In this document: positions 1 to 12,745 of the stretch, piece after piece
Layout of the letters: each line of letters begins with the position of its first letter
Position numbering within the stretch: the stretch's first letter is position 1
Assembly: GCF_018350175.1 (NCBI RefSeq)
Contig: NC_058383.1
Location: forward strand, 14,882,001-14,946,000
DNA: 64,000 nucleotides
Reading direction: 5' to 3'
DNA from: Felis catus
Lineage: Eukaryota
Made by a program: the position numbers and the translations under genes
Notes under the pieces: model-generated
The model's database searches: none
What the model was told of the DNA's origin: nothing
The model's input: only the letters and a program-made list of their open reading frames with translations

Positions 1-929
1 TTGTTGTTGTTTTTTATTAAGTGTAACTAATTCCATTTGCTTCTAGTCCATTCCACTTAGGTTTTGTTATAGGGAGTTGTGGGCAGAGACTCAAAAGCGC
101 AAAATCTTCGTTCCACGAACAGAGGTATAAATTAAGATCTCTATTATTTTAAGAAGGAAACTTTTTCTGGAAATGTATCTCCGAAATGATGATGGGGGTC
201 AACGGAAAACAGACTTTGCTATACGATATGTGCTTCGCTCCGGCTTTTCAGAAATATCTAAAGCAAGCAGCTAAATATAAAGCAAGGTCAAATCAGGCCT
301 GCAAAGACATGGTGAATCACAATCAATCAGAGCCGTTGAGGACAAGGCTGGGACTGCTCATACCGCTGAACACCCCTGATGAAACATCTCTTTCCTGAAC
401 CAGAAAATAAATGGTCACAGCTGCGCTTCGTGGTTGGCGCTGGGGTTCATTCGCCATATGGCCACCCTTATTATCATCCTTCCGGCAACTCCAGCAAAGT
501 AACAGGACCGAGCGGTTTCTTCCAATCAGCCTGGAGGCCAAGTAAACATCTCCCTCCCATGGTCCTTTCCTTCAAAGGACTTCCCGACCCCATCATCTCC
601 TGCTTCCTTTTTTTCACTTACACGCTTTATGCTCTACCTGAGAGTCCCAATGCCCACCACGCTGGACCCCTGAGGCCTGGGATCAAGCTGCTTTTCAGAG
701 GGGGGGAGTGTGTTGAAAAAAAAAATAAGAAGAAGGCTTTTTCTTGGACCTTCAGTCAAGGCAGAATCTGAACGTCGGGAGGGTCACAACAGGTTTGGGG
801 TAGCCTCCGGGTTTTAGACGAGGAAAGAACCTCAAAGATGTAAGGTGTTGTTTTTTTTGGAACTTTTTGAAAGTACAGTGAAACCTCACTCCCCCACCCG
901 CCCCCGTCCCCGTGAGGTTGTATGTAGAA

Positions 930-1357
930 ACCCAGTCAGTAAAGCAATAGGAAAGAGCTGTTATACCCAGACAACGCCACATGATTTGGCCGTAAAAAAG
1001 AAAAAAAATGTCCTAATACATGCTACAACATGGATAAACCTTATGAACATTATGCTAAGTAAGAGCAGCCAGTCACAAAGGACCGTACGTTGTAGGATTC
1101 CATTGATATGACATGTCCAGAGAGGCACATCCACAGAGACCAGTAGATTAGTGGTTGCCTAGGGCTTGGGTGATAGAGGGATTGAGAGGTGGCAGCTAAA
1201 ACGCAGAGCTTCTTTTCGGAGTGGTGAAAATGTCCTAAAATTGATTATGGCGTTGGTTACCCAAATCTGCGAATACACTAAAAGCCACTGGTTCACACAA
1301 TTTCAATGGGTGAGTGTTATGGCATGTGAGTTCTGGCTCAGTAACGCTATTTAAAAG
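930..1357 (+). mobile_element. L1 3' end fragment (L1MB-like)
   Basis: Typical L1M 3'UTR text: tgctacaacatggataaacctt, cattatgctaagt, cagtagattagtggttgcctaggg. Confidence 0.8.
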
Positions 1358-1576
1358 AGAGGGAGGGGAGGTGGAGAGAATTATGGTGGCTGTTCCACTA
1401 GCCCAGCCTCCTTCTTCACCCTGCCCTGCCAGTGGCCCCAGAACCACCTCTGCAGGGCCCTGGGACTCCACGGAATATTGTTTGAAAAACCCTAATCTAG
1501 CCCTCAAATGTAAACTGAGACATGAGCCCAAGCCTTCTGACCCCAAGCGCAAGGCCCTTTAACACCAAGGTCTCGC

Positions 1577-1778
1577 CGGGGCACCCGGGTGGCTCAGCCA
1601 GTTAAGGGTCCAACTCTTGATCTCACCTCGGGTCACGATCTCACAATTCATGAGTTCAAGCCCCGAGTGGGGCTCTGCGCTGACAGTTTGGAGCCTGCTT
1701 GGGATTCTCCTTCTCTCCCCCTCTCTCTGCCCCTCCCCTGCTCACACTCTCTTTGTGTCTCAAAACAAATGAATAAGC
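1577..1778 (+). mobile_element. Can-SINE (SINEC_Fc2-like), about 80 bp from the exon donor
   Basis: ggggcacccgggtggctcag head, gagttcaagccc B-box, (CT)n region, A-rich tail. Confidence 0.93.
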
Positions 1779-1856
1779 TTGGGGGCGGGGTGGGGGGGAG
1801 TCTCGCTGACAAGCTGGGGCTCATCTCGGGGGCCATGCCGCGTGCCGGGGTCTCAC

Positions 1857-2000
1857 CGTCCATGTCCAGGCGCTGCATGATGATGGCCAGTTCCACCTCA
1901 CTCGGCATGTACCCCAAAGAGCGCATGGCCATTCCTAGCTCCTGCTTGGAGATGAAGCCGTTCCCATCTCGGTCCAGAACCCGAAAGGCCTCTCGGATCT
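1857..2000 (-). CDS. CALN1: Internal coding exon of calneuron-1 (CaBP8): EF-hand 1 and start of EF-hand 2; 144 bp, phase 1/1
   Basis: Translation (E)IREAFRVLDRDGNGFISKQELGMAMRSLGYMPSEVELAIIMQRLDMD(G) matches CALN1 as recalled; the paralog CABP7 has FKVF, GTAM and PNEVELEVII instead. Minus-strand acceptor ttctttgctttccccttgtAG at 2002-2001; donor G|GTGAGA at 1856-1851. Canonical EF loop DRDGNGFISKQE. Confidence 0.96.
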
Positions 2001-3241
2001 CTACAAGGGGAAAGCAAAGAAGGTCCAACGGTCACACGTCTTGGTCTCTTGCGCTGAAATGATTGGCGATACCCCGCTGAACACTCCTAACTGCTTTACG
2101 AATAGCAACAGGTCAGAACCGTTTAATCAGATAAAAGAAGCAGCCAAAAGAGGGACAAAAGAAAAGAGAGGAAGAAGAGAAAGAGCACACAGAAAGGAAG
2201 AGAAAAGGAAATGAGAAACAAGGAAGGGAAGGGGGAAAAGAAAACCAGCTTCGGGAGGCCCGGACCCTCCTAAAACCCCGCGGTCGGCGCACAGTTGGAC
2301 TGTGGTCCCAGTCGACGCTCGTGTTAACCGAGGACACTTCCTGAGCAGGAACGAGCAGTTGGGTTTCAGCTGCGAGGAGAGAGCTGCCTCTTAACCTGGG
2401 CCATTCGTTTGCAGGAAAGAAGAGATTCCCCTTTGCCCACCGGTGTCTCAGCTCCCTACCGCTGTGGAAGAGGTACAGAGAGCTCTTTCAACCTCACAGG
2501 AAGACAGGAGTTAAGTATCCTGCTGTTTTTATCTCAGGCCCCTAATTTACAGCTGTTTTATGGCTATAAACAACCTCGGATCGATAAGAGTGTCATAAAG
2601 GCCCAAAAAGCATCTTTAATCACATCCTCTCCAGGCCGGCGGAGAATTGGACTCTGCTATCAATAAGGCCACTCCACTCGGCAGGTGATCGCCTGTCCTC
2701 TGACCCCAACCTGAGCTGTTCTGCGTTCCACCCAGAGCCCCTCCCTCCAGAGCCCGGGCAGCCCATCAGTCCCGGGTGGGCTGGGTGCATCCCACCACAT
2801 CCTACCACCTCGAGGCAGGGCACAGGGAATTAATTTGAGACCGTGGTCTCAAGATGACAGGTTCATCAATGGGATCTGCACAGCAGACTTGGCCAGCTTT
2901 GACTGCTCATCAATAAAGCCGGTGCAAGCCCAGGTATGGCAGCTGCCAACATCCATCATGCTGTTCAACAAGTATTGGCTGTCTGTACCCAGGGAGCACG
3001 GAATTAAGTGCCGCAGAGAACGAACAACAATCTGTTGGGTGCCGTGGTTCTCCTCCAGAGCCCTACGCTCTAGTCGGGAGGGAAAGATCCATGCAGAAGC
3101 TTGCAGGAATTCCTCCAACTAACACGAGACACTGGCCCTAACCCCTTTACCTGCTAAATACCTCTCTAAATATCTGGCCGTGCTCCTGGCAAATACCTTG
3201 AACCACACCCTCACCCAAACAAGCTTCGTCCCTTCCCGTTG

Positions 3242-3705
3242 GTACCAATTTCCTGCGGCTGCTGTCACAAATCACCACAAACGTGGCAGCTTACAACAAC
3301 AGAAATTTATTCTCGAAGCATCTGGAAGCCAGAAGCACGAAATCAGTACCACTGGACCAAAATCAAGGTGTGGACGGGGCTGTGGTCTCTTAGGGCAGAA
3401 TCTGTCCCTTGCCTCTTCCAGCTCTTGGTGGCTGCCTCTCGTTCCTCGGCTTGTGGCCAGGTCACTCCAATCTCTCTGCCTCCATGGCCCCATCACCTTT
3501 TCCTCTGCTGTCTCCCATCTTCCCCTGCCTCTCACTTATCAGGACACTCATGACGGCATCTGGGGCCCTCCCAGGTAATCCAGGATAAGCTCCTCACCGC
3601 AAGGTCCTCAACTTAACATCTGCAAAAGCCTTTTTTTTCCCAGGAAATATTTACAGGCTCAAGGATGAGAGCCTGGTACCTCCAGGGCCCCGTTTTCCGA
3701 CCGCT
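3242..3705 (-). mobile_element. MaLR LTR (MLT1-like)
   Basis: gctgctgtcacaaatcaccacaaac, cagaaatttattctc, ggtaatccaggataa: reverse MLT1 signature. Confidence 0.8.
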
Positions 3706-5318
3706 GCACTGTCCCAGCCGGTATTTCCACCTGAAATGCCCTGTCTTCCTCTATACCTGCCCAAATCGTGTCAGGCCTCCCACAAAAACATCTTTGCCCA
3801 CCATGGCCAATGTTCTCTCCCTGTCTGCTACTGGTCGGAGGGTGGGGGCGGGGGGGGGCGGTGGTGGTCATCCGTCTTCGGACTCCCATCCACACCCTGA
3901 AGGGGGCGCTACCCAGACAGGTGTCCAATGGTAGATCCTCCCTGCACAAGTAAGGATCACATGTCAGCAGCAGATTCACCATCGGTACGAATTCTGCCTG
4001 CTGAATGCTTTCTGAGAATAGGTGTGGGCTCCAGCAGACAGAAGACCAGCCTGTGCGCCGGGACCCTAGGCTCCTGGCCAGGCGCATTAGCTAATTAGGT
4101 CCACAGCCAAACCCTGAGGCCTCAGATTGCTCATGTGTAAATGAGCTGGGTTGGCCACGAGGATCCCTAAGGTCCTTCCAGACCTTTTCTGGGGATCTGT
4201 GGACATTGTTAAAGTGTTTAAGAGAAGAACAGGAAGCCTGTGTTCTCCTTCATACCCTATTAATCTGCCGTTCAAACGCCCCTCTTTTTTTCCATTGAGG
4301 ATAAAGAAAAAATTTCAGTCTGGTCCAAATTCTGAATCAAGGGGTTTGTCTGCACTTTTAGGCTTTTCTCACCAATGAAACATGCCCAAGATTCCCTACG
4401 GCAGCCATATGTTTTCCTACCAAGTCCCAGGTGGCCCGGAAAGAGCTCAGAGCCACTGCTCAGCTTGAGGTCATGGCACTCAGCACTCAAGGACAGCGGG
4501 GCGGAGACCACGGCCTCGTATGGCCTGAGCCCAGATGCCAAGGGCAGGAGGATGCAGACGCAGGGGCTCCCAAGGTGGGAGTCAGCCCACCAGGAAGTCA
4601 GCCTGACCCTGCCCTGCAGCGGGGGCGGGCCGCTCCCTCAGCCTCAATCCCCCCTTCTGAAAAATGGGTTGGGTGCTAGCCTCTACATCAGGCCTCTACT
4701 TTCAGAACTGGCACAAAGCATGCGGCAGTAGAAAATGTCAGAGGATGACAGGGGCCCAGGCTGGAGTCAAAGAAGAGGCCAGGGTCCTAGGCGGGCCATC
4801 TGGATGGCCGGCTTCCGGCTGACCTCTGCCCCCTGTTCTCCTTTCCCGAGTCACATCTCCACTTCTCCTCCATCTGACTCAGTCGTGAGCTCCCTGGCCA
4901 TTACAGGGCTTGGCCTCTTTCCTGGGATCCCCTGTATGTCCTAGATCTTACAAACGAACTGGCCTGTATCCCTACACGGGACACCCCGGAGAGGCCGGAC
5001 CAGGGATGTTTGTGAACTTGGCCTGGAAATGAGGGCCTCCTGACCCCCACCTCACTGCCCGGGCTGCTCTACAGTTGCCTCCCCCTTGGGCTGCTGGAGT
5101 CGGACAGCGTCCATCCTGGAACTGCCCTGTGAAGGGACACGCTTCCCCGAGTCCTCGAACCCCCACGGTTTGCTGTTCTGCCGTGAGTAACCAGGCCAGC
5201 CCTGCTCCAGCACCGCGCAGGTACACATCAGCTCAGAGTTCTGTTTTCTGTGGCCCCTAGTAAGTGGGACAAAGCTGTAATTCTGTTTGCCCAGAATATC
5301 TGCTCCTGGCTCCCGGGT

Positions 5319-5346
5319 AGAGAGAGAGAGAGAGAGAGAGAGAGAG
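5319..5346. repeat. (GA)n microsatellite
   Basis: Seen directly. Confidence 0.95.
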
Positions 5347-7023
5347 TGTCTGCAAAGGCAGACAAAGCTCACTAACTTCATTTTCTTTCAAAATAACAGG
5401 GACAAAAAAAAAAAAAAAGTACAAAACTAGAAATCCATCATAGGAGCCTCTGGAGATTTAATCTTTCCAGGGTAGGGAAAGCCCAGGCAAACGAGAAGCT
5501 TATTAGAAGGAAATGGGTCTTGCAGCCGGAGACATGTGATGTGTGCCTCGTTTTATTTTTATTTTTAATAGCAGAACAGGGTGTGAGAAATATGCCCATA
5601 AAACCAGCGGAGACACGGAAGCAGGCCGGATCCCCCCGCCTGTGGCTACAGGGCAGGCTGCTGGCAACACGAAGGGGCTCTGGCCACTGGCCACATCCTT
5701 GGGAAGTGGGGACCACAGATCAAGTTGCAGGAACAACCCAGTAATGCGGAGCACTTTTCCCTGGAATTTATCCCCTCTCTGAGCTAAAGTCCCTGGTGCT
5801 TCAGGGTTACATAAGCGTGCTGTGCTTTTGGTCTTTAAGTACATTTCATGCTCACACAATACGTGCACATCAGGCAACGGTATGTGATTCTTCTGCCTCC
5901 AAGATGCCTTTGCAGGCCACAGTAGAGGGGACAGTGGCGGTGACGAGAGCCTGTCCCACTGCCAGTTTGTGGTGTATGAAAGTGGCCGTGGTTAAGTGCC
6001 TCTCTACCCTGACGTCCTGGGGCCGAGCAAGGTCTTGACTAGAAAGCACACTGCCCTAGAGCCCAAAAGATTTACTTCTCATTACACCAGCAAGTGTATT
6101 TTCTTAAAAATATCAGAGCCACCACTGGGACCACCTGTATCCCTAAGAACCGGGCTTTGGGTCCATGACGCTCTCTAGGGACATAGCCAGTTCGGGCAAA
6201 AACAATGGCAGAGGCCAGGCTATCATACAGAACGGATTCATCAGCCCGTTTATTGGAGTCACACTCCAATAAAGTGTGCATGAGATGACATCCAGCCAGA
6301 GTCAACAGTCATCGGTTAGCGTCCTGGCCTTGAAGAAGCAGCTGAAATTCACAGCGCTAATTTGCAAACTCAACTCAGTAATGAAGAACAATACTTTTTC
6401 CTATCTCAATCCCTGCTAGATGCGAAATCTGTTTAGTCTCCACAGACATGTGTCTCCAGGAAGAATATGGGCTTCAGCCACAAGAAGCGATCACTCTGTT
6501 AACGAACAAGATGTGTTCTGTTGATAGACGTCACTGAGAAATGGCAGAACCAGAGACATGCAGTTCAGCATGGCAATTATTAAACACCCACAGAAGTGTA
6601 CCAGAAAATACACGATCGGAGCCTCGTGGTCTTTATTCAGGAAAATTAATAGGACAGGGACTGGGTCAATGAGAAAAGAGATTTAGAAGGATTTGCACCT
6701 TCTCTGAGAAGGACGAATGAATACTTAGAGGTGATTAATACAGGCATTCATTCGATGAAGAGTTGCTGTTTACTTATCACAGGCCATATGCTGTGCTGGA
6801 ACAGTTGGGTGGCAAAAGAAACTTTCCAAGCTATGAGAAGATTATAGTCTAGTTGGTCTAGTCTAGTCTAGACCGAGAGGTAACGGGATCTTCATACCAG
6901 AGAATGACAAGAGCAGGAATCGGAGTCCACACAAAACCCCATGGACGTCCTTCCATACGAGAGAGATGACCCTATGGAAGGGTCACACCGGAATCCTTTG
7001 GCATTAAGAGATGAGGGGAGACT

Positions 7024-7232
7024 GGGCGCCTGGGTGGCTCAGTCGGTTGAGCGTCCGACTTCGGCTCAGGTCACGATCTCACGGTCCGTGAGTTCGAGCC
7101 CCGCGTCGGGCTCCGTGCTGATTGCTAGGAGCCTGGAGCCTGCTTCGGATTCTGTCTCCCTCTCTCTGACCCTCCCTCGTTCATGCTCTGTCTCTCTCTG
7201 TCTCAAAAATAAATAAACATTAAAAAAAAAAA
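7024..7232 (+). mobile_element. Can-SINE (SINEC_Fc-like)
   Basis: Full head, CT tract and poly-A tail; flanked by the direct repeat agagatgaggggag. Confidence 0.95.
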
Positions 7233-7312
7233 AGAGAGAGATGAGGGGAGGAAGTGCACGAGGACGAGATGGCAAAGGGCCTTGGGAGCCATGTGACCTT
7301 TACCCTGCAAAC

Positions 7313-7558
7313 CGGGGGTTGGCAAATGGTGGCCTGTGGCCAAATGTGGCCCCCCACCTGTTTGGTAAATAAGGTGGGGTTTTTTTGGAATGCATCCATG
7401 CTTGCTCATTTACACACTGTCAGGGTCTGTCGTCTGCAGTCCTACTGCTTCCGCACTACACCTGTAAAATTGAGAAGTCGTGACAGCAACGGTTTGGCCC
7501 ATGACGCCTGAAATACTCACACTTTGGCCTTTTATGATTAAAATTTGTCAAGCCCTGC
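7313..7558 (+). mobile_element. hAT-Charlie DNA transposon relic (MER58A-like)
   Basis: ggggttggcaaatggtggcctgtggccaaat, ttttggtaaataaggt, ttgtcaagccctg. Confidence 0.7.
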
Positions 7559-7636
7559 TGTAGGCCACAGGGAGTCCTCAGTGGTTATAAATCCAATCAA
7601 TCAATCAATCAATCAATCAAGGAAAGGATCAGATTG

Positions 7637-7851
7637 ATTTTTTTAATGTTTATTTTTGAGAGAGAGAGAGAGAGTGTGTGTGTGTGTGTGCGTGAGCGGG
7701 GGAGGGAAAGAGAGAGTGGGGACGGGATGGGGACAGAGGATACGAAGTGGGCTCTGTGCTGCCAGCCCATGGGACTCCAGCTCACGAACCGTGAGATCAT
7801 GACCTGAGCCAAAGTTGGACACTTAACCGACTGAGCCACCCTGGCGCCCCG
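7637..7851 (-). mobile_element. Can-SINE (older, with internal deletion), preceded by (TCAA)n at 7591-7620
   Basis: Reverse head ctgagccaccctggcgcccc; T-rich tail. Confidence 0.9.
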
Positions 7852-7862
7852 GGATCAGACTG

Positions 7863-8085
7863 TTTTTTTTTTTGTTTTTTTTTTTTTAACATTTATTTAT
7901 TTTTGAGACAGAGAGAGAGCATGAACAGGGGAGGGTCAGAGAAAGAGGGAGACACAGAATCTGAAACAGGCTCCAGGGTCTGAGCTGTCAGCACAGAGCC
8001 CGACGCGGGGTTCGAACCCACGGACCGCGAGATCATGACCTGAGCCGAAGTCGGACGCTTAACCGACTGAGCCACCCAGGCACCC
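7863..8085 (-). mobile_element. Can-SINE (SINEC_Fc-like), tandem to the previous copy
   Basis: Reverse head gccacccaggcacccc; poly-T tail. Confidence 0.95.
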
Positions 8086-9147
8086 CTAGACTGGTTTTTA
8101 AACCAAGGGCTCCAGCATCGGGGTGGCTGGGAGGTGAGAAGCGGGGGCCTTACTGGGAGGACTCACCACAGTCTGTGGGAAAGTGAGGAAGCCGGGCTTA
8201 CCCCCACAGCACTGCTAACAGGGTCTGAGGCTTTTCTGCGTGGTCAGGCGGGAGGGCCCGGGAGTCTGGCGTCTAGGAGAGGGAGCGTTGAGGATGATGC
8301 TGGGGTTTCTGGTTGGCCTGACGGGGTGAGGACCGATCACATTAACCGAGAGAGAATTCAGGAGGAGGCACACACTTGCAGAGAGGGAAGGGAAGGGGCG
8401 TTTTGGTCACACGGCGTACAGGACCGTGAGACGTGGCCAGGCGGCCAGGTCTGGTGAGCATTTGGCCATATGGGACGAGCTACTGCTGACAGTAATACTG
8501 GGTACCCAACCAGAACAGAAAGTGGGAACAGAATGACCATAATTGCCCATAAAACGCTGGTTCGATCCCAGTGCGGGTTTTAGCGTGAATGAGTTCCAAT
8601 TTAATTCTGTTCAATCAGTCCACAAATACAACTAATTGGTTTCAACAAGCAGGGAACACGGAGGTGAGGCCTCCGACAGCCAGGGGGGCGGGGTCCTCAA
8701 GGAGGACCCATGTGCCAGGAGGAAGTGGGGTCAGAAGTGTGCCCGCATTTCATAACAGTGAGGGGACAGGCCACAGAGACGGGGGCCAGGATGGGGCTCC
8801 GTGCTGCTTTGTATAATGCCCTTTGTTAAGCTGGATTGTTTTTTCGTGGTACTCTCTTCAAAGGGCTAAAGGATCCTCACTCCTAGGTTATTTGCTGTTT
8901 GAGGTGCGACTCCATCCATTGCGACAAAGTGATCATTCATTCTGTGCTACTTGCACAGACGCAGATGGTAAGGAACACTACTAAGAGGGGTCCCAACCCT
9001 GGAGGCATTTCTCTATTTCTCTGTTCTTTATCTCTTTAAGTGGAGTCCTGTTTCACAAAGGAGGCTGAAAGAATGCAAGGTGTACCTAAGGAAAAAGAGA
9101 GTGCCCAGGAGATAGGAGAGAGACGTTGAAACAGAAAACACCTGGAA

Positions 9148-9271
9148 GGGGCGCCTGGGTGGCTCCATGGGTCAAGCGTCCGACTTCGGCTCAGGTCACG
9201 ATCCCACGTGAGTTTGAGCCCCGCGTCGGGCTCTGTGCCTCCCTATCTCTCTGCTCCTCCCCTGTTCATGT

Positions 9272-9331
<60 letters not shown>

Positions 9332-9365
9332 AAAAATAAATAAACATTAAAAAAAATTTTTTTAA
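9148..9365 (+). mobile_element. Can-SINE with expanded (CT)n
   Basis: Head ggggcgcctgggtggctc; TSD agaaaacacctgg on both sides. Confidence 0.93.
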
Positions 9366-11399
9366 AGAAAACACCTGGCAATTACATGGGGGAGGAGGTG
9401 TGCTGCCTACTGATGCGTTATGATCGCAAATCCATGTGTCGAAAGCTTATTTGTGGTCTGAATTTGTTCTGAATAACGTGTTTTGGTGACATTGTGCTGA
9501 AGGTGGATTTGAGGACCTTCTTATCCAACTCTCGCACCTGAAGTAGAGGGGACCATTGTGTCCTCGACACCACTGTGACGGCAACGGTGCCCATCACGTG
9601 ATGGGCTTTTCCATTTTAAGAACCAGGAGGTGCACCCAGCAACGTGAGAGCATTTGGTCTGGGCAAGGCCACTCTTCGCCGATCTAAATGGCTCTCCAAA
9701 GACCCTGCCACACACTTGCTCTTGCTGTGCCAGGCTCATCTTGGTTGGCGGTGGTGCTTAAACTGTGCAGCAATCTCAGGAAGAGACGGAACGTCTCCCC
9801 AGAGTCAGCGGTACAAGCCACGTAACTGTCCCTGGAGTAAAACCATCTTCAGAGCCATCAAAACCTTGCCAAAAGCCAACCTTGCAGCCAACACAGGTAC
9901 CGTCACCTCCTACCTCCCTGCCCCAGCAGTGAGCGACCTAAGCCGGCAGCTGGTACCCAACTTTTAGCAGGAAGGACGGACTCTACCGAGAACCAACTCA
10001 TAGAAAGGCACACCTCCAACTTCGGGCTTTCTTTCTTTCCTCTCCCCTTGGCCTGAACAATAACGTCAATAATCTCTCCCTAGCCTGAAGTAGGCTATTC
10101 CTTTATTGGCTACTTAGGAGGCATTCTCCTGTACGCTACTGGCTTATGATATGTTACTATTATAAATGATAATTCCCACAATGAACCTGATTAAATAAAT
10201 TATCAGCAAAGGCAATCTCAGGATCTAAGCATAATCTGTCTCGAACCAAACAAGGTGAGCCTTAGGAGAGCCCGGAAGGAGGCTGAGGATTGTAGTCAGT
10301 GCAACAAAGAGGGCTTTCTGGTAGGGGCACAGCGTGGGCAAGGGGGCAGAAGGGATGTACTCTCCCAAGAGGGTGGCAGGCAAGGGCCCCTGTTGGGAGG
10401 CACCTGCAAAAAGATATGGCTGGCAATAGTGACCATCCCTCCCGGATGGCATAATTGCCTCTGTGATCTAAGGTTAGAATATAGAGTTGAGCAGGGCTCC
10501 TGTGAGCCCACCAGCCCCAGACTCCCCATGAGTCACTGGTAACCCTGGGAGCAGACAAGAGCCTGTGTTGAAAAACTTCAAGGGCCTTCAAAGCACTCAA
10601 GACTGGCGGGCCAGAGAGGCACTGCTCATCCTGGGTATCTCAAGCACCCCCATGCATCTGGCCTTTTTCCTTACCTCATGGTCAAAACGGCACCTTGCAT
10701 TAAAAAACAAAGCCAACTCCTCCCCTAGCTGGCGTTCAGAAAGAAAAGTATCTCAGTAACTCAGGAGGGGGTGAAACTAGACAGAGACTCCATATCCCCA
10801 GGTCATGAAAAATAATCATTTCTTTCCTAAAATTGGGTGGCACAAGGCAGTCAAAAAGTTAGGGCCATTTGTAAGGGCTTAGGAGCTGGCACAGAGTTTA
10901 TCTGTCCCCAAATTTACACCTTCACAGATAAAGCAGAATTTATTTTAGCATGCCAGGTTGCTTAACCTGATGGAAAATTCCCCAACAGAAAAAGAGCAAA
11001 GCAAATTAGAATAGACACTAACAATGAAAGCCCATCCCAGCCAGGGGCACCCTGTGTTGGACAGAATGTTCCAGGCAGGGCTGAAAGGAAAAATCACTAA
11101 ATTAGATGTGAATATGTATGAGGGTGAGAATGGCCGGAGGGTCTTTATACAAAACAACAAGCTGATGAGTGAGGACAGAAGGGCAGTTTCTGTTCTTGGG
11201 GGGTTCTGGACTTGACCTTTGGGGTCAAAAGACCAGAGCTAGACCCGCACAGGGATGCAACATTTCACAGGTTACACATTGATGTGTTTTCTTCAGGAAA
11301 ACGCCCCCTAAATGTATAAAGAAAAAAAATAATCATCTACTTCACCAGTCAGCAATAACCACCGCTAATAATACATTACGGCATTTTATTCCAAACTTT

Positions 11400-11790
11400 T
11401 TACATACAAATATTCTTAATTACATTTGGATCATGCACTCTCTATAGCTTTGCACGTTTTTTTCCATTTAACACACAACCATCTCGATCTTCCATATAGT
11501 TTATTTGTCTTTAGAGCATCACTTCTGACGGCCACATGGCGTTCCGTAATATGCCTACAGCGCAACTGGGCTCACCACGCTCCGAGTGTGGGACGTTGAG
11601 ATCGTTTCTGCTCTTAAATAATGCTGCCTTGGAAATTCGTGTATGGAAATTTTCACGTGTGTTGATGCTCATTTCCTTAAGATGATATCCCAGGAATGGA
11701 ACTGCTGGGTCAAAGGGCAGGAACATTTTTAAGGCACTTAATACATATTGCCAAGTTGCCCTCTAGGATCCATTTCTGCTCACAACACTT
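11400..11790 (-). mobile_element. Ancient L1 (L1ME-like) fragment
   Basis: aataatgctgcc and ggaatggaactgctgggtcaaaggg are reverse L1M motifs. Confidence 0.65.
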
Positions 11791-11834
11791 GACACCAGCT
11801 GGGGGGAGGGTCCCCACCCCTACTAATTCTCCAA

Positions 11835-12745
11835 CTCTCTGGATATCCATCCGGCATCCGGTGATTTCATCCAACTCAGACACTAACTACTGCTCACAGG
11901 TAGTGTAGACCTCACAGGTCAAGCCCCACAAAACTGGCCTCGCTTCAGACGCCAGCCGCAAGTCTAGGCTACCTGTACTTCTGAATGCCCAGCTATAACG
12001 TCTGGGGTTCCCGGGGCACCTGGGCGGCCCCGTCGGTTAAGCATCTGACTTCGGCTCAGGTCGTGATCTCGCGGTCTAGTTTGTGAAGTCATGCCCCACG
12101 TCAGGCTCTATGCTGACAGCTCAGAGCCTAGAGCCTGCTTCGGATTCTGTGTCTCCCTCTCTCTCTCCAACTCCCCTGCTCGAGTGTGTGCTCTCTTTCT
12201 CTCTCTCTTGCTCTCTCGCTCTCTCTCTCTCAAAAATAAACATTAAAAAAGAATGATAATAATAATAAAGTCTGGGGTTCCCACGATCCCGCCTTGGGTT
12301 TGATCATCACTAGAACGGCTCACAGAGCTCTGGACAGCTCCTTACTTAACATTTACTGGTTTATTATAAGGGATACCACTCAGGAACAGCCAAATGAAGA
12401 GATGTCCAAAACAAGATCCGGAACGGGGCTGAGGGGGTGTGGAGCTTCCTGGGCACACAACCCTCCCAGCACCTCAATGTGCTCACCAAGCCGGGAGCTC
12501 TCTAAACCCTGTCATTTAGGGCTCGGCAGGTTCTGTCATGTAAACATGGCTCATGAAGTCACTGGCCACCGGGAATCGAACTCGATCCGCAACCCTCTCC
12601 CCTCCCTGGAGGCCGGGGCATGGGGCTAAAGGCTCCGACCCTCTGATCATGCCTCGGTCTTCCTGGCAACCAGCCCCCACCCTGAAACCATCCAAGGACC
12701 CCAGCCACCCATCATCACATTAGCAGACAACTGACACTCTTTCAC
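11835..12745 (-). mobile_element. ERVL LTR (MER21/MER77 group), interrupted by a SINE
   Basis: cagacactaactac, cttcagacgccagccgcaagtc and accctctgatcatgcctcggtcttcctggcaaccagcccc are reverse MER21-type motifs. Confidence 0.7.
12012..12266 (+). mobile_element. Can-SINE inserted in the LTR
   Basis: TSD gtctggggttcc on both sides. Confidence 0.93.

Larger units (their letters stand above)
1..1856 (-). other. CALN1: Start of the CALN1 intron downstream of the EF-hand exon
   Basis: Begins with the GTGAGA donor; no continuation of EF-hand 2 is seen in the window. Confidence 0.85.

Noticed and set aside
1648..2028. 126-aa ORF as a single-exon gene or processed pseudogene
   Set aside because: Homology is confined to 1857-2000 between canonical splice sites; the rest is intron and SINE.
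8556..8572. tRNA T-arm/B-box-like hairpin gctggTTCGATCccagt
   Set aside because: No A-box, D-arm or acceptor stem around it; likely chance.
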